From: Tubulanus polymorphus | Taxonomy: Eukaryota > Animalia > Nemertea | Assembly (NCBI RefSeq): GCF_964204645.1 | Contig: NC_134033.1 | Span: 14,888,655 to 14,952,654, forward strand | DNA length: 64,000 nt | Reading direction: 5' to 3' | Shown: piece after piece, positions 1-12,700 of the stretch | Layout of the letters: every line of letters starts with the position of its first letter | Position numbering within the stretch: position 1 is the first letter of the stretch | Notes under the pieces: model-generated | The model's input: only the letters and a program-made list of their open reading frames with translations | The model's database searches: none | What the model was told of the DNA's origin: nothing | Position numbers and translations under genes: made by a program

Positions 1-356
1 AAATCATTTCTCTGCATCATTAAGCAAATTATTTCAAAATGTAAGTAGCCTAAAGACCTCCCCGACCCCGGGTCCTAATCATGCGTCCCTCCGTCATTTT
101 TTTCGCAGCAAATTATCTCCAGAACAAATTCGTATTTAAATATATAATTGGAATCGTGCGAGCTCTTGCGCAGATCTCTTGACATGAAAAAAACCCGGAA
201 CTGAATGTCATGACGTCGAAAACCAGATATGATTTTACCGATCCGAGGGCATACTGTGCTCTATATATACTCACAGGACTGTATATATACAGTCATATAA
301 AGGCGACACTGTTAAGATTGTGACTACGACTGAGTGTCACTGTGGGATTTTTATAG

Positions 357-3300
357 GGAAACCGATTGGAATGAATTAGATACTGAAGCCGGGATGTATA
401 CCGGTCGTCAGACAGCTGATGCTCAATGGAAGAGAACTGTTACTGAAATCAACGAGTTAGTTGAACAACATCAAACTGATCAGCAGTCTCATAAATGGAA
501 AGGTTAGTATTGAGGACAATGACGGCAAACATAAGTGTGATGAAATACTCTCCACGTTGGAAGCCGTGACATAAATTTCTGATTCTATCTTATGAAAGGT
601 ATAACGAAGTCTCATTGGGTACCGACTTCATCCAGCGCTTACTGTCAAAACAGACGATGTAAAAAACAGTTTAGTTATACAGTCTGGCCACAGAACTGTA
701 CCAGGTAAGTATTACAGTACTGTACTTCATATGTATGTATTACACTGATACAACAATATTACTGTAATAATTACGCGGTGTTTCTCTGATATGTAGGTGT
801 GGCAAGTTATATTGTACTGATTGTCTACAGTTTAAAAGAGCACTGAATAATCTAGCTCATCCAGACCCACAGGGAAAACTATACAAGGTACGTAAAATTG
901 GGTGTACAGATTTTAGGTAACCGCAAAAACCGAAGCGATAACAACATAAATCTCATTTTCTAATGATGATAAAAAAACAGTTTATTGACACGAACCATTT
1001 TCATCCCCTCGTCAGATGATAGACGTGAATCAAAATAGATGTGAATCAAATGAATAAGACAACAGATTTATTTGATTCACATGTCTGTCATCTGATGAGG
1101 GGATTTGATCCCAAAAACGTTCATGTCATTAAACTGTGTGTTTATACTCATTAGAAAATGATGTTTATACTTCTATCGCTTCTATGTTAAATTGAGTTGC
1201 ACCGACTCTTTTCTACATATGTATAATAGAATTGTTAATCATTGATATTATTGTTATAAGTTTATTTCTTTACCAGAAAATACGATCCGAAAATACAGCC
1301 ATCGCTGTTACAGAAAAATAAAATGAAAGTTCTTCCGCGGTGTAAAATCTACATTTAAAATCTATATCAAATCTATCTTATGTTTGGCACAGGTTTGTGA
1401 ATTGTGTTACGATAAAGGACCGCAAACGTTGGGAGCTACTCGACAACAAACCGACGATTTCTATTTCTTCAGAAATCGACATAAAGATATTCAAAGCAGA
1501 ATAATCAAAGGAACGGCCCGACACGTGAACAAGTAAGAGTGATGGTAGAATAACCCCTGTACACTCTGACGTGGAGAACTGATAATAAGTTTTAGAACTC
1601 ACTTAAATAATACAGAATTTAAGAGATTAAGAGAATTCTTTTCATCAACAATTAAAATCAAAATACACGACGTTTCGAACTTTCACTAGAGATCTTCGCC
1701 GTTTTTAATCTTTTAGATTCTCTATGCAATGCGTTTAAAAATTAAGTAAGAGTGATAATTAGGTGTAGGAGGTAGTAGCGATAGGAGCATCGAAGTTGGA
1801 AGGAGTTTTGGACATCACGAGGGGGGAGAAGTTGTAGAGCACGGATTAGATAGTTACGTTGGGAGGGGAGAGTGAAGAAGCTAATGTGTAAACGTATTTC
1901 ATAATATTTTAAAATGCTAGTAAATTTCTTATAATAATAATAATCTTTATTTTTCAAAGAAATTGAAACAATTTATAACATGACATCCATACATAAATAT
2001 AAATAAGTATAAAATGTGCCAATATCAAATGAATCTTTATTCATTTACAGTTTAGATTTCGAAGCCGAGTGTATAAGATTAAAACGCGGATTTATGGAAA
2101 ACGTCGGAAAATCAACGGTTATCAAAACAATGCATGAAATTCGCTGTTTCGTAAAATTGCCAGACTGGCGGAGATCCAGTAGATATCAGGTATATACAGC
2201 TAGCACGTGACCAACCACAGCTTCTATATCTCCTCTTCGATTAGTCATGTTAAACAAACACCATTATGAACATTATGACAATTATTCAATGTTTTCTGTT
2301 CATATATTGTAGGAGCAGAGATTTTGTCGAAAATGCTATAATTGCGAGAAAGAATTCGGATTATTAAACAGTCGTTCTGTTTGTAGTGTTTGTGGAGCTA
2401 ATTCCTGTAATCAGTGCGTCACCGATGATCTTATAGTTTACATGCAAGAGGATGACAATCAGTGTTCTGGCGCTAAACTCGCTATCATTAAAATCGTCGG
2501 GGTGAATATGAAATAAATGATATCTTGATTTAATGAATATTCCCATAATGATGATAATTTAGAAGTTGACAGTTTTGAGAGCCCCGTCTTCGGGAAACAG
2601 TAGGTCATTTACTTTATATGAACATTTAGATATATCTCGAAACTACCATAGATGAATAAACTTTGAAATATCATTATTTTGGGATTCACTGCGAATATAT
2701 CCATCAAATCTAAATTTTACTCTCTTTTCAAATGGAAGCCATGACGTACATCCATTGGATGACGCGTACGATCTTGACTTATGAGTAGAGAGAAACCCAC
2801 AATGATAATAAAAAGTGAAACCTCGAGATAGTAGTTTATTTCAGCGTTTCGACTATATCCTAATAGTCATCTTCAGGAATAATGAATATATATCTCTTGC
2901 CTTTTTTTCAGTGTCCGAATAGAGAACCCGATTTATGTATGTACCTGAAGGTGTGCTATATATGTAGGATGCAGATTCAGAAGAAACAAGTCGCGCAGTT
3001 TCACGAACAAAAAATCGAAGCAGAAATGGACGAGTCTTGGAGAACGATCACTGACGTGCAGAAAACGGCGTCTAAAATTCAACAGAAAATTGATATTTAC
3101 TTACCGCAGGTGGGATAAGTTATAAGTCAGGTCGCGGTTCCAAGTTAAAGTTTAGAGTATCTGAGTTCGACTCTAGATTACAGTAAACACCGCTTACTAA
3201 ATCTGTACTAAAATGGAATCATTTTCCTATGTATTTTCCGATCCTCAACTCCAATTTTGCTGATCTTGTGTTCATCCGAGTTACTCTAGTTTATTTTCAA

Positions 3301-5912
3301 TTATTTCTAACTTGGCTATTATTAGTTTCTGTTTATCGGGTGGGGATTGAATTGAATCGATTTCATTATTTCAGTACCAGGAGATGATAGTGTCGTTAGC
3401 TGAGACCCATCATACACCAATATCAAACCATAACCGCAGTAATATACAAGTATTAGCTAAATCACAGGTGCGTATATTAATGTCAATGGTCGCGCAATTT
3501 CCTAAGATATCAGGGGCCAGTTGCACAGTCGTGACTTAAGTCCAAAAGTGGTCTTAAATCTTAAGACTGGTCTTAAGTTGTTTGATAAGCTATAGAACTA
3601 AGTTGGTCTTAGACTGGTCTTAAGTCTAAGTCATGACTATGCAACCGGCCCCTGGACAAAACAAATTTTTATCTAAACGGGGGCGGATCTTTGATTCTTT
3701 GATGGGATCGACCTGAAAATTGGTATGGGCGCTTTATTTGATAAGGGCATATTTGAGTGGGTTTCCGGTGGCAAAAATTGGTTTTCCTGGCCTTCATCAC
3801 GACCCATTTGGATTTATTTTGTCGTTTCAAACTTCTATTTGCAAAAAGAAAATTCCCGACTTAAGCGATTGCATATTCATACTTCACCATACTGCAGTCT
3901 CGCTGACACGCTGATCACACGACTCGCGTATGGATGTCTCTCTTGCTCTATATTTCCAGGAGGATCTGGCAGATAATTTCACGCAAATCGTGATCGTTAT
4001 CAGCGGAATGAAGAAATTGATACCGAACTCGAAAGGACAAACGACGATTCTACGAAACATGACGACTGTAAGATATAACTTTCAAATAAACATTGTCATC
4101 AATGGTTTATTCGACGATCAAATCGTGATATACATTTATTCGCAGGCGTATTTGACGTATTATCACGAGAATATGTACAATTACCGGGATTTAAAGAAAC
4201 AGCTGGAAGATGTTACTCCGTTAGAAGTATTAAACCGAATACAACAGATCGTTGAGAAAAATGTACGTATAGGCTAAACTAAATGTAAAAATAGGTAGTA
4301 CTTCGTAGGTTAACTAGATTTTCTATGAGAAATGCGAGTGGTTTTGCTACAAATAGTAGCTTTGTCATGCCCATTTTGCGTGCAGATTTCTAATAGAAAG
4401 AAAGTACAACCAGATTAACACGGCTTCTCTAACACCTCGTCTCGTCACGAGATTTACCGCTTATCTCCGTAATTCTGAACTTGACATCATTATATTTGCA
4501 GACGATAAACAGCGTGTATTTAACCATTAAACAATTAGTTTTCGAAACGATTCATTTACAATCAAAACACTCGTTTCCAATGAACATTCCCGAGGAGATG
4601 ATACAAGTGGAACAGGTAACGGATTATTTGTGGATACAGCCATAAGTATGTTGTAGCGACATCCTTTTTGAAGTTTGTGATTACACATAGTTCTATGGAT
4701 TACAAAAATCTCCCTCAAAACATGTGTGACAATCAAGCTAAACGAAAATGCTATTCTTTATAACACCAAATTCATTATAAGAATAATTTCTCTATCATTA
4801 AGAATAATATCAATGAAAACAACTGCTATTGTTTTTTTTTCTTACGTTTCGGTTGGAATCTTTCAGCCATCTTCAGAGTTTAATTGAAAATAAGGAAGGA
4901 TTCCATTCGAAACTAAGAAAAACACTGTTTAAATTGATTTCGTGGGTTTCTCTTAATGATATTCATCAAGACTGGAAAATAGTCTCAACTATTTACATTC
5001 TACACAGTATGTTCGTCCCGTAGGTAATGGTGAGAGAGCTTCGACAAGCTGTGAAGAACGACGGTGAAATCAAATGGGAAGAGCACGAAGAATTGATTGA
5101 TGCTTTCATTAAAAGTCGATTACAGGTAAAAATACGATTTTATACATGTACATGTATATGGTTACCTTGTGTATAACTTTTTCATCAGAGATATTTAATG
5201 GAACCTGCTCTGATATAAATAACGAGTTATCGGTCATTACAAACCTACAATTGCGTCCTTTAAATGATAATTTAGGCCGTGCCTAATTACAGTTTACAGT
5301 TTATTTGACAGACTCAAGGTCTACAATTTAGACAAGATGAGTGAAAGATAAAACAATATACAAAATAACATAGCGGCGAATGCCTTGTTTACACAAATAT
5401 TTTCGCGTTCACACGTAAGCCAAAATTGGCATGGGCCTGGTCGGACGTTTTTGGTCGGCCAAACAGGCACAAGCCCATGTGCTACCCGTGAAAGCGCCAA
5501 AAATGTTCGTGTTATCGTAACCTGTGATGAACATATCAACCTGTCTCCTCAAGTTCGTCATAACGAGGCCCCCCTTATCATCCTTAGAAACAAGAATTTT
5601 ATTTCCTGTAAATTCAGATTATTCATGGGGGATTTTTTCCAGAAACACGAAGTGTTCATTCGTCCATCGCGTCGTCTGCTGAAACAGCACGGACAACGAT
5701 ACATTACAGTAGTCATACTGGAACGCGTTGAATCGATTTTACAAAGAATTCAACTGGAAATATCCTCGAAATGTACGGAAAAAAGTTTCATACCATCCGT
5801 AAACCAGATTGACAAACTCCATCAGTTTATCAGCGATCAGTTGATCGAATTGATTCAGGAAGAGGAAGAATGGGGATTTGTGGGTAATATGACCCAGAAT
5901 TCACCAGCGTGA
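357..5912 (+). CDS. Tandem FYVE-like zinc-finger protein, Pep7/Vac1/rabenosyn-5-related (~600 aa; 5' end uncertain)
   Basis: 13 phase-consistent GT-AG exons: 357-502, 599-704, 797-887, 1393-1532, 2051-2189, 2313-2501, 2912-3109, 3375-3467, 3960-4067, 4146-4262, 4502-4615, 5024-5125, 5643-5912 (TGA). Finger 1: ITKSHWVP..CQNRRC..F..QNCTRCGKLYCTDC..VCELCY. Linker: GATRQQTDDFYFFR. Finger 2: CYNC..FGLL..CSVCG..CNQC..VCYIC. Then a long helical C-terminus. Confidence 0.8.
930..1185. mobile_element. Inverted-repeat remnant containing hammerhead-like motifs (Penelope-like pseudo-LTR)
   Basis: Arms are approximate reverse complements (gaagcgata...cccctcgtcagatga vs tcatctgatgagggg...tatcgcttc). CTGATGA-stem-AAAACGTTC at 1092-1122. 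Confidence 0.55.
2841..2880 (-). ncRNA. Minimal hammerhead ribozyme-like motif, probably inactive
   Basis: Minus strand ttc-CTGAAGA-t-GACTAT-taggat-ATAGTC-GAAAC-GCT-gaa; perfect 6-bp stem II; cleavage triplet is GCT, not GTH. Confidence 0.55.
3514..3651. mobile_element. MITE family A (PIF/Harbinger-like, ~138 bp)
   Basis: TIR GGGCCAGTTGCA...TGCAACCGGCCC, CAG/CTG flanks; near-identical copies at 12254-12391 and 48838-48978. Confidence 0.85.
4840..4880 (-). ncRNA. Minimal hammerhead ribozyme-like motif
   Basis: Minus strand ct-CTGAAGA-t-GGCTGAA-aga-TTCCAACC-GAAAC-GTA-ag; catalytic core complete, stems imperfect. Confidence 0.55.
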
Positions 5913-6714
5913 TGAAATGATGACCAGTGGTTTATATTGAGAATTCCCTGCGGCCAGAATTATATATATTGCCATGTTCTAATCTATAGGTGCTACTGTT
6001 GTATTTACTTGTTAAAGATATTAAATTGTTATAAACTATGAAATTAAAAAACCATGTAATATATATAATTCTTGTGTTAATTATTTCAAGCTTTTTTAGT
6101 TCACTGTGGTGTTTGCTTGATAGTTATTTAAAACAAAAGTTCATGGCTTCGCCTAAAGGCACGAATGGCCGCAGTCGTGTGTTTGAACACTAAGCTAATT
6201 TGAATATCATTTCTCAAATGAGTCGATCTTTTGTCCAAATTATGATAAAGCAGCATCTAAGTATAAAGCAGCGGAATTCCGTGTTGCAATAGACATTTTC
6301 GCCCTCTCTCCACCGTTTTCACAGCTTATGCCCGGAGAAGGTCTTCGGGCGTCAACCGGAACCGTCATGTTTTCTCCATCCATGTCTAATCCTGAAGTAT
6401 AAATGTTATATATGGCATAATTAAAATATGTTCAGGTCGAGGTGTTACGAAATCAGCGATCTAGATGATGTTACCAGCCATCTACCAAAACAGGCATTCG
6501 AACTTTTGCAGATTTGCTTTGAGTGCGTTGAGCCGGTGATCATTGTTGGGAATAATGTCGATTTGAATTGAATTACACTGTACGGTGGCTCCCTCAATTC
6601 TGAAACATTCACAATCCATGTCGACCTAAGCGTCGCGTCTAGCAGTTGGATATATCGGGCGCGACGGGTTCGTTGCGTCGTATCCAGCAGTATATACACC
6701 CTCCACTGACTGAA

Positions 6715-9700
6715 ATGGCGACTGCGTTGACGGGGCTGATTTTACTGATGATATTCGCCGGGCCGGGTTTATCTAAAGCCGCGGCGGCCGCTGCAGGAGA
6801 TCAGATGCAGACCGATGTTATAGCGGCTCAAGATGAGAGGGTTAAAACTGAACATCAGTTAGATGCGTTGAATCTGTTAATGTTTATCGGTTTATTAATT
6901 TTAACTGTTTTGACGATTTGGTTGTTTAAACATGTTCGGTTCAGATTCGTGCACGAAACTGGATTATCTATTATTTACGGTACGTTGTCTCTTCATGCAA
7001 ATGCATCATCAGTTTTTAAAAACAGCGATGTTAAACAGAGTGTACTTAGATACTCTGGATAGACGCGATAGTGGACGTGCCTAGGCTAGACGTCGTCAGG
7101 GGTAGATCCTTAGGGATGATAGGCCTACACAACAATTGTTTGTTTATACGAGATAGGCTAGGGTACTATGTTATGCCAGTTTACAATTTTGGCTCAAGGG
7201 CAGGGTGGTGGGTTTAAACAAATGGGCACCTGTCCAAAATTAGAAATGATCGCCTTCTTAATTAACGTATTAAATTAATTGATTGTTCATTCATTTCGTA
7301 AAATGATCAGAATGAGAAAAATGAATGGAGTTTTAAAAATATGAATTGTTTATGATAGTGATTTCAGTGAATGAATCTGTGAGTATATACAGCAGCACGA
7401 GCATGAATGAGTCATATTTATTTATTACACGTGTGTGTGTCACACGGTGAGGAAGAGAGACAGGAGTCACGTCTGAAAATAGATTCACTACTCTGCAGCA
7501 TCTTCTTAATCCAAAAAACTTGAACCAGTCCGTGTTAGGCTAATTAGTCCCTGTATAAGTCTCCTGGGCCCAGTTAGGTTTGGATTGTTGTCCTCATTGA
7601 AGATATGAAGTAAAAAATAGCAATTACTCCAAAAATTTTAGTTAAACTTTTTTGTGAAACTGGGCCCTAATCTTTGGTCCCTCCCCCCTGAAATCTAGTC
7701 CTTGTATGCCCAGGGTACTCTAGTCCAACCTTCAGTACACCCTGTATCCAATCCATAGGGACTTGACACAGAAGGATTTTGACCCCAGTATCCTAGGTAC
7801 TATATATAAAAAGGCTAAAAGGTCTTTTTATATATATTACCTAGGACACTGGGGTCAAAATCGTTTTGTGTCAAGTCCCTGTGATCCAGTCCCTGTATAC
7901 CCGGATTGTACCACCCCACCTCCAAAAGGCTCTTATGACACTTAACAGAATATAAAAGAAGTACAATTGAGATACAATATATAGCACAAAATGCAGTGCA
8001 AAATAAAATTTAAAGTAGTTCAGCATCAGTAGTCCAGGGCCCGGTTTCACAAAAAAGTTTAAGCCTAAAACAGTTTAGTTTGAATTGTTGTCTTCATTGA
8101 AAACATGAAGTAACCATTAGCAATTACACCAAAAATTTGAGTTTAACTTTTTTGTGAAACTGGGCCCTGACCAATTAGGTAAAATTTCGTCTAAAAAGAT
8201 GAGTCTTCAATAAGTATTTGAAAGCATTTCATGAGCTTGCTCGCTTCAAATCAATAGGTCATCGGGTTCAAATCCCTGTCGAAGGAGGATGGCCTACCCC
8301 CATACTTTAGCCTGAGATGAAATAATAAAAAAAATAATGTTTAAATTTTTATGTAGTGTCATTCTAGTGTCAAGATTATAATATAAAACACCACAGTGCC
8401 ATTACAACATTTCAGTTATAAGGCTAAACAAAAATGATACCTTGTTTCTCCGCAGCGGCCGGGTCATTTTTGTAAAATATGATAAAATTTATAAACAGTT
8501 CATTCCTATAGCGGCCGGGTCTGTTATGGTAAAATTGATCACGATTTTAAAAAGAGTAATGTATAGGGTAGATAGGCGGCCGGCCGGGTCAACATTTAAG
8601 CTCAGCAGAGCGGAGAAACAAGGTATCAATTTTTTTTAGCCTAAGTTTCATTTAAAAAATCTCATCGTTTGATTTGCAGGTTTAGTGGTAGGCGCCATTA
8701 TAAGATACGGCGGTATCGGATCGGCGACGACGCACGAGACGGTCGAGTTACCTCCGAATAGTTCGTTCCTCGGAGCGTTACCTCCCGATAACCTGCGACT
8801 GAGAGTCGTTATCATCGACGAGACGACCAATACGACCCGACCGACTTATTACGCATACGATTATAAGGGCAAAATTAAAGATATCACGTCGATTAAAAAC
8901 GTCGAACTCGACGAAAAGGTAATTTTAACATCCTGGAAATTTATCCCAACTTTCGATGCAGTCAAACTCGGGGAAAGTCCTAGTTTGGATCACTATTTTC
9001 AATTCGGACGGCTTGGCTACTCGATCCAGCTTCGTAAAAAAGTGTATGCTTAAAACGGTTTAGTTTGACTTGTATCTTATTGAATACTTAAAGGACTTAA
9101 CAACAACCAAAAATCTTAATTAAACCTTTTTGTGAAATTGAAACCTGACTTTGAAAACTCGAGAGAATCAGAAAAATCAGGCAAAAGTGAATTTGACAAA
9201 TTTTGCACAAAAAAAAACTCTAGAAAATGCTAGGAATTTTGATAATGATATTGACCACGCGTTTCTTTATCAATTCAATGAAAAATGAATAGATTGTAAC
9301 ATCTTAAACATAGAAATTACTCAGATTCACTGTGAATGTTCTGTTCGGCCTAGCCTAGAAAAATCGGGGAAAACTCTGGGAATTTGTAAATATGTGGAAA
9401 GTGGTGCCACCCTACCGAATAAGTCATCAATATTATGATCACGACAATGAAAACTTATCCTCGAGTTTCATTGTATTTCTAAAACTCAACCCAAAATTTT
9501 TATGAATTTCTTAATTTTAGGCGACGTTCGATCCGGAATTGTTTTTCAATGTTTTACTGCCCCCGATAATATTCTACGCCGGATACAGCATGAAACGAGT
9601 AAGTTGATATTTTCGGTCGGTCTTAGGATTTCATCGCAGTTCACTGTCTTCAGAATGATCTAATAATAGAAGTACCATCCATTGAATAATCTTGAATTAA

Positions 9701-12700
9701 ACAAGAGTTTAATGAGGTCCAGGTTGCTGAGTCAACTCAGTGAAAATGAGTTAATTTCAACTCAAAGTTAACTCGAAATGGTAACTATTGAACAGGCGCA
9801 GGTACATTAGTCGATGCTGAGATTAAGACCAGTTGAATGGTAGAGACTTAAGTCCTAAAGTGATCTTGAATCTGAAGACTGGTCTTATTAGATTGGCTAT
9901 AGTACTAGAAGATGAGCTTAGACTGGTCTTAAGTTGTTAGATTGGTTTTAGAGCCAAATTGAGCTTAGACTGGTCTTAAGTTGTTAGATTGGTTTTAGAG
10001 CCAAATTGAGCTTAGACTGGTCTTAAGTTGTTAGATTGGTTATAGAGCCAAAATGAGCTTAGACTGGTCTCAAGTTGTTCGATTGGCTATAGAACCAAAA
10101 TGAGCTTATACTGGTCTTCAGTTGTTAGATTGGTTTTAGAGCCAAATTGAGCTTAGACTGGTCTTAAGTTGTTAGATTGGTTTTAGAGCCAAATTGAGCT
10201 TAGACTGGTCTTAAGTTGTTAGATTGGTTATAGAGCCAAAATGAGCTTAGACTGGTCTCAAGTTGTTCGATTGGCTATAGAACCAAAATGAGCTTATACT
10301 GGTCTTCAGTTGTTCGATTGGCTATAGAACCAAAATGAGCTTATACTGGTCTTAAGTTGTAAGATTGGCTATAGAACCAAATTGAGCTTAGACTGGTCTT
10401 AAGTTGTTAGATTGGCTATAGAACCAAATTGAGCTTAGACTAGTCTTAAGTTGTTAGATTGGCTATAGAACCAAATTGAGCTTAGACTGGTCTTCAGCTG
10501 TTAGTTTGGCAGAACTAAGTTGGTCTGAGACTTATATTTAAGATGACATTTTTCACGACTGTGCGACCAGGCTCAAGTCTCATTCAGCCTCGCTTGCCAG
10601 AAGCTCGTGCAGCAGCTGTCGTACTGGTTGAATCTACGGAGGTCCCTGTAGCTGTAAATAGTGATTGATCACTCGGATACTGCTGCCCTTATCTCATCAT
10701 TCTAGTCACAGACTCATACTCCAGGCCACACACACACACAGTTCGATCAGAATACAACGCCATCACCCGCGTAATAAATCAATCTGTTTAATTTCCTGAA
10801 GCAGTCGGTTTAAAACCAAGCTTCAGTAGAACTAGAGATTACAGATAGATAAACCTCGTGCCTGCAATCTATGTCGCCTGAGGAGAGACAGTAGTAAAAT
10901 GTCCACCATATGTCACTAGTCACAACTCTTCATATGAACACATGTTCAAATTACTATTTCTATTCTTTAACAGCCTCTCTTCTCAATCTGCCTCCATTCA
11001 CGTCGGGCCCTAATTTTCCAGGGCCTGATTTCATTAACGGGTAAAGTTAACCCTAGAGAGTGAATCCTTAATCAATCGCTGGGTTCATGGACCGGGTATC
11101 TGAGGTAACCCTAGGGGTAAATTCTTATTCCGGCGTGGTGGGACCGGGTATCAAAGTTACCTGGGTCCGGTTCCACGGTCGTGTGTTAAAGAGTTAACTC
11201 TGAGTTAAAATCAGCTCAATTTTAATGAGTTAACTCTGAGTCAAATCTTAACTCGCAACTGTGGAACTGGATCCTGTAGTGGTAAATCCTCAACCTTGGC
11301 GACAACCACCATAGTTATAATGAGAAACTATTGTGATAACTAATTTTAAGATGTTTCCAGGTGTTATTTTGCAACCCACATCTATCAAACTGCCCCAGAT
11401 CGCTAGTCCACTCTTCTACTGTCTAATAACAGCCTACGCTCAGCCTGCCCCCAGCCCACCCCTTGTACTGCCCGAAATTATTTACTCATCTCGATTTATT
11501 CTGTTTTTTAGAGACATTTCTTCCGTAATTTCGGAGCGATTATAACGTTTGCCTTTCTCGGTACAGCGATGTCGTGTTTCATTGTCGGGTAAATATTGAG
11601 ATACTCTAAAAACTGTGTAGGCCTACGTGTGAAATATTGATAATCTACCTACGTGTGAGATATCGATACAATCTGCGGAATATCGATACTACCTGAACAC
11701 ACAGTGAAATATCACTAGTCTATTCTCAATCACTGTTCTATAATTGTTATGATTTATTCGATATTTCAGCGCGATATGTTTCGGTATAACGCGATTGATG
11801 CCCGGATTGGGTCTGAAGTTCACCGACTGTCTGTTTTTCGGGGCTCTCATTTCGGCCACTGACCCCGGTGAGTTACGTAGTTCCCTGGTTGACATTTCAG
11901 CCTCTGTTTCTATCTGTCTTCTACATGTTTTACAGTTTGATTATTATTATTATTATTATTTTCTAACGAACAGTAACTGTACTGGCTATATTCCATGATC
12001 TCGGTGTCGATGTCACATTATACGCTCTTATATTCGGTGAAAGCGTTCTCAATGATGCTGTAGCTATTGTATTATCGCAGTAAGTAACCAACGACCCTCC
12101 CATCCTGCACCCATCATGACCTGCATGACCTCTTCAACCTCATAACTGGATCCCTCCATCCCCTTACTGGACCGATCAACGTCCTTACTGCACTCTCCCC
12201 TTTTTGCCCAATTGCCCTCTATCTGAGTAGCCTAGTAGAATATCAGGAGCCAGGGGCCTGTTGCATAGTCATAGCTTAGACTTAAGACAGGTCTAAGACC
12301 AACTTAGTTTTATAGCCAATCTAACAACTTAAGACTGGTCTTAAGATTTAAGACCACTTTTTGACTTAAGTCACGACTGTGCAACTGGCCCCAGTTGCTC
12401 AAAAGTTGGTTAAAGATAACTGGTAGATAAATGCAATGGTAACAATGAACTTTGAATGGTCACTGTGTCCAGCTATCCACTCGAACCAACTCTTAGAGCA
12501 ACTGACCCCTGGAGTCTGTTGCTGAAAATATGGTTATAATTAATTTGTAGAAAAATTCCATGCTCATAATGCAATTTCAGTAAGCGCTATGGCATTTATT
12601 TATTTACTAGCGAACTTGGGCGTGCTTTTGAATATCTGCAGCCCCTGCATTGTTTCACAGTTGACCCGACCGAAACAATGATAGTTCATGTATTCTATTT

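Noticed and set aside
210-250. ATG-initiated MTSKTRYDFTDPR as first exon of the FYVE-like gene
   Set aside because: No GT/GC donor in the phase required by the acceptor at 357, so the start is left unresolved.
5910-5915. TGA as possible selenocysteine or readthrough codon
   Set aside because: Immediately followed by a second TGA; no SECIS-like element recognised.
9870-10500. Regular arrays resembling CRISPR
   Set aside because: No unique spacers, no cas genes, eukaryotic intron; the units are contiguous tandem repeats. The same applies to all other arrays here.
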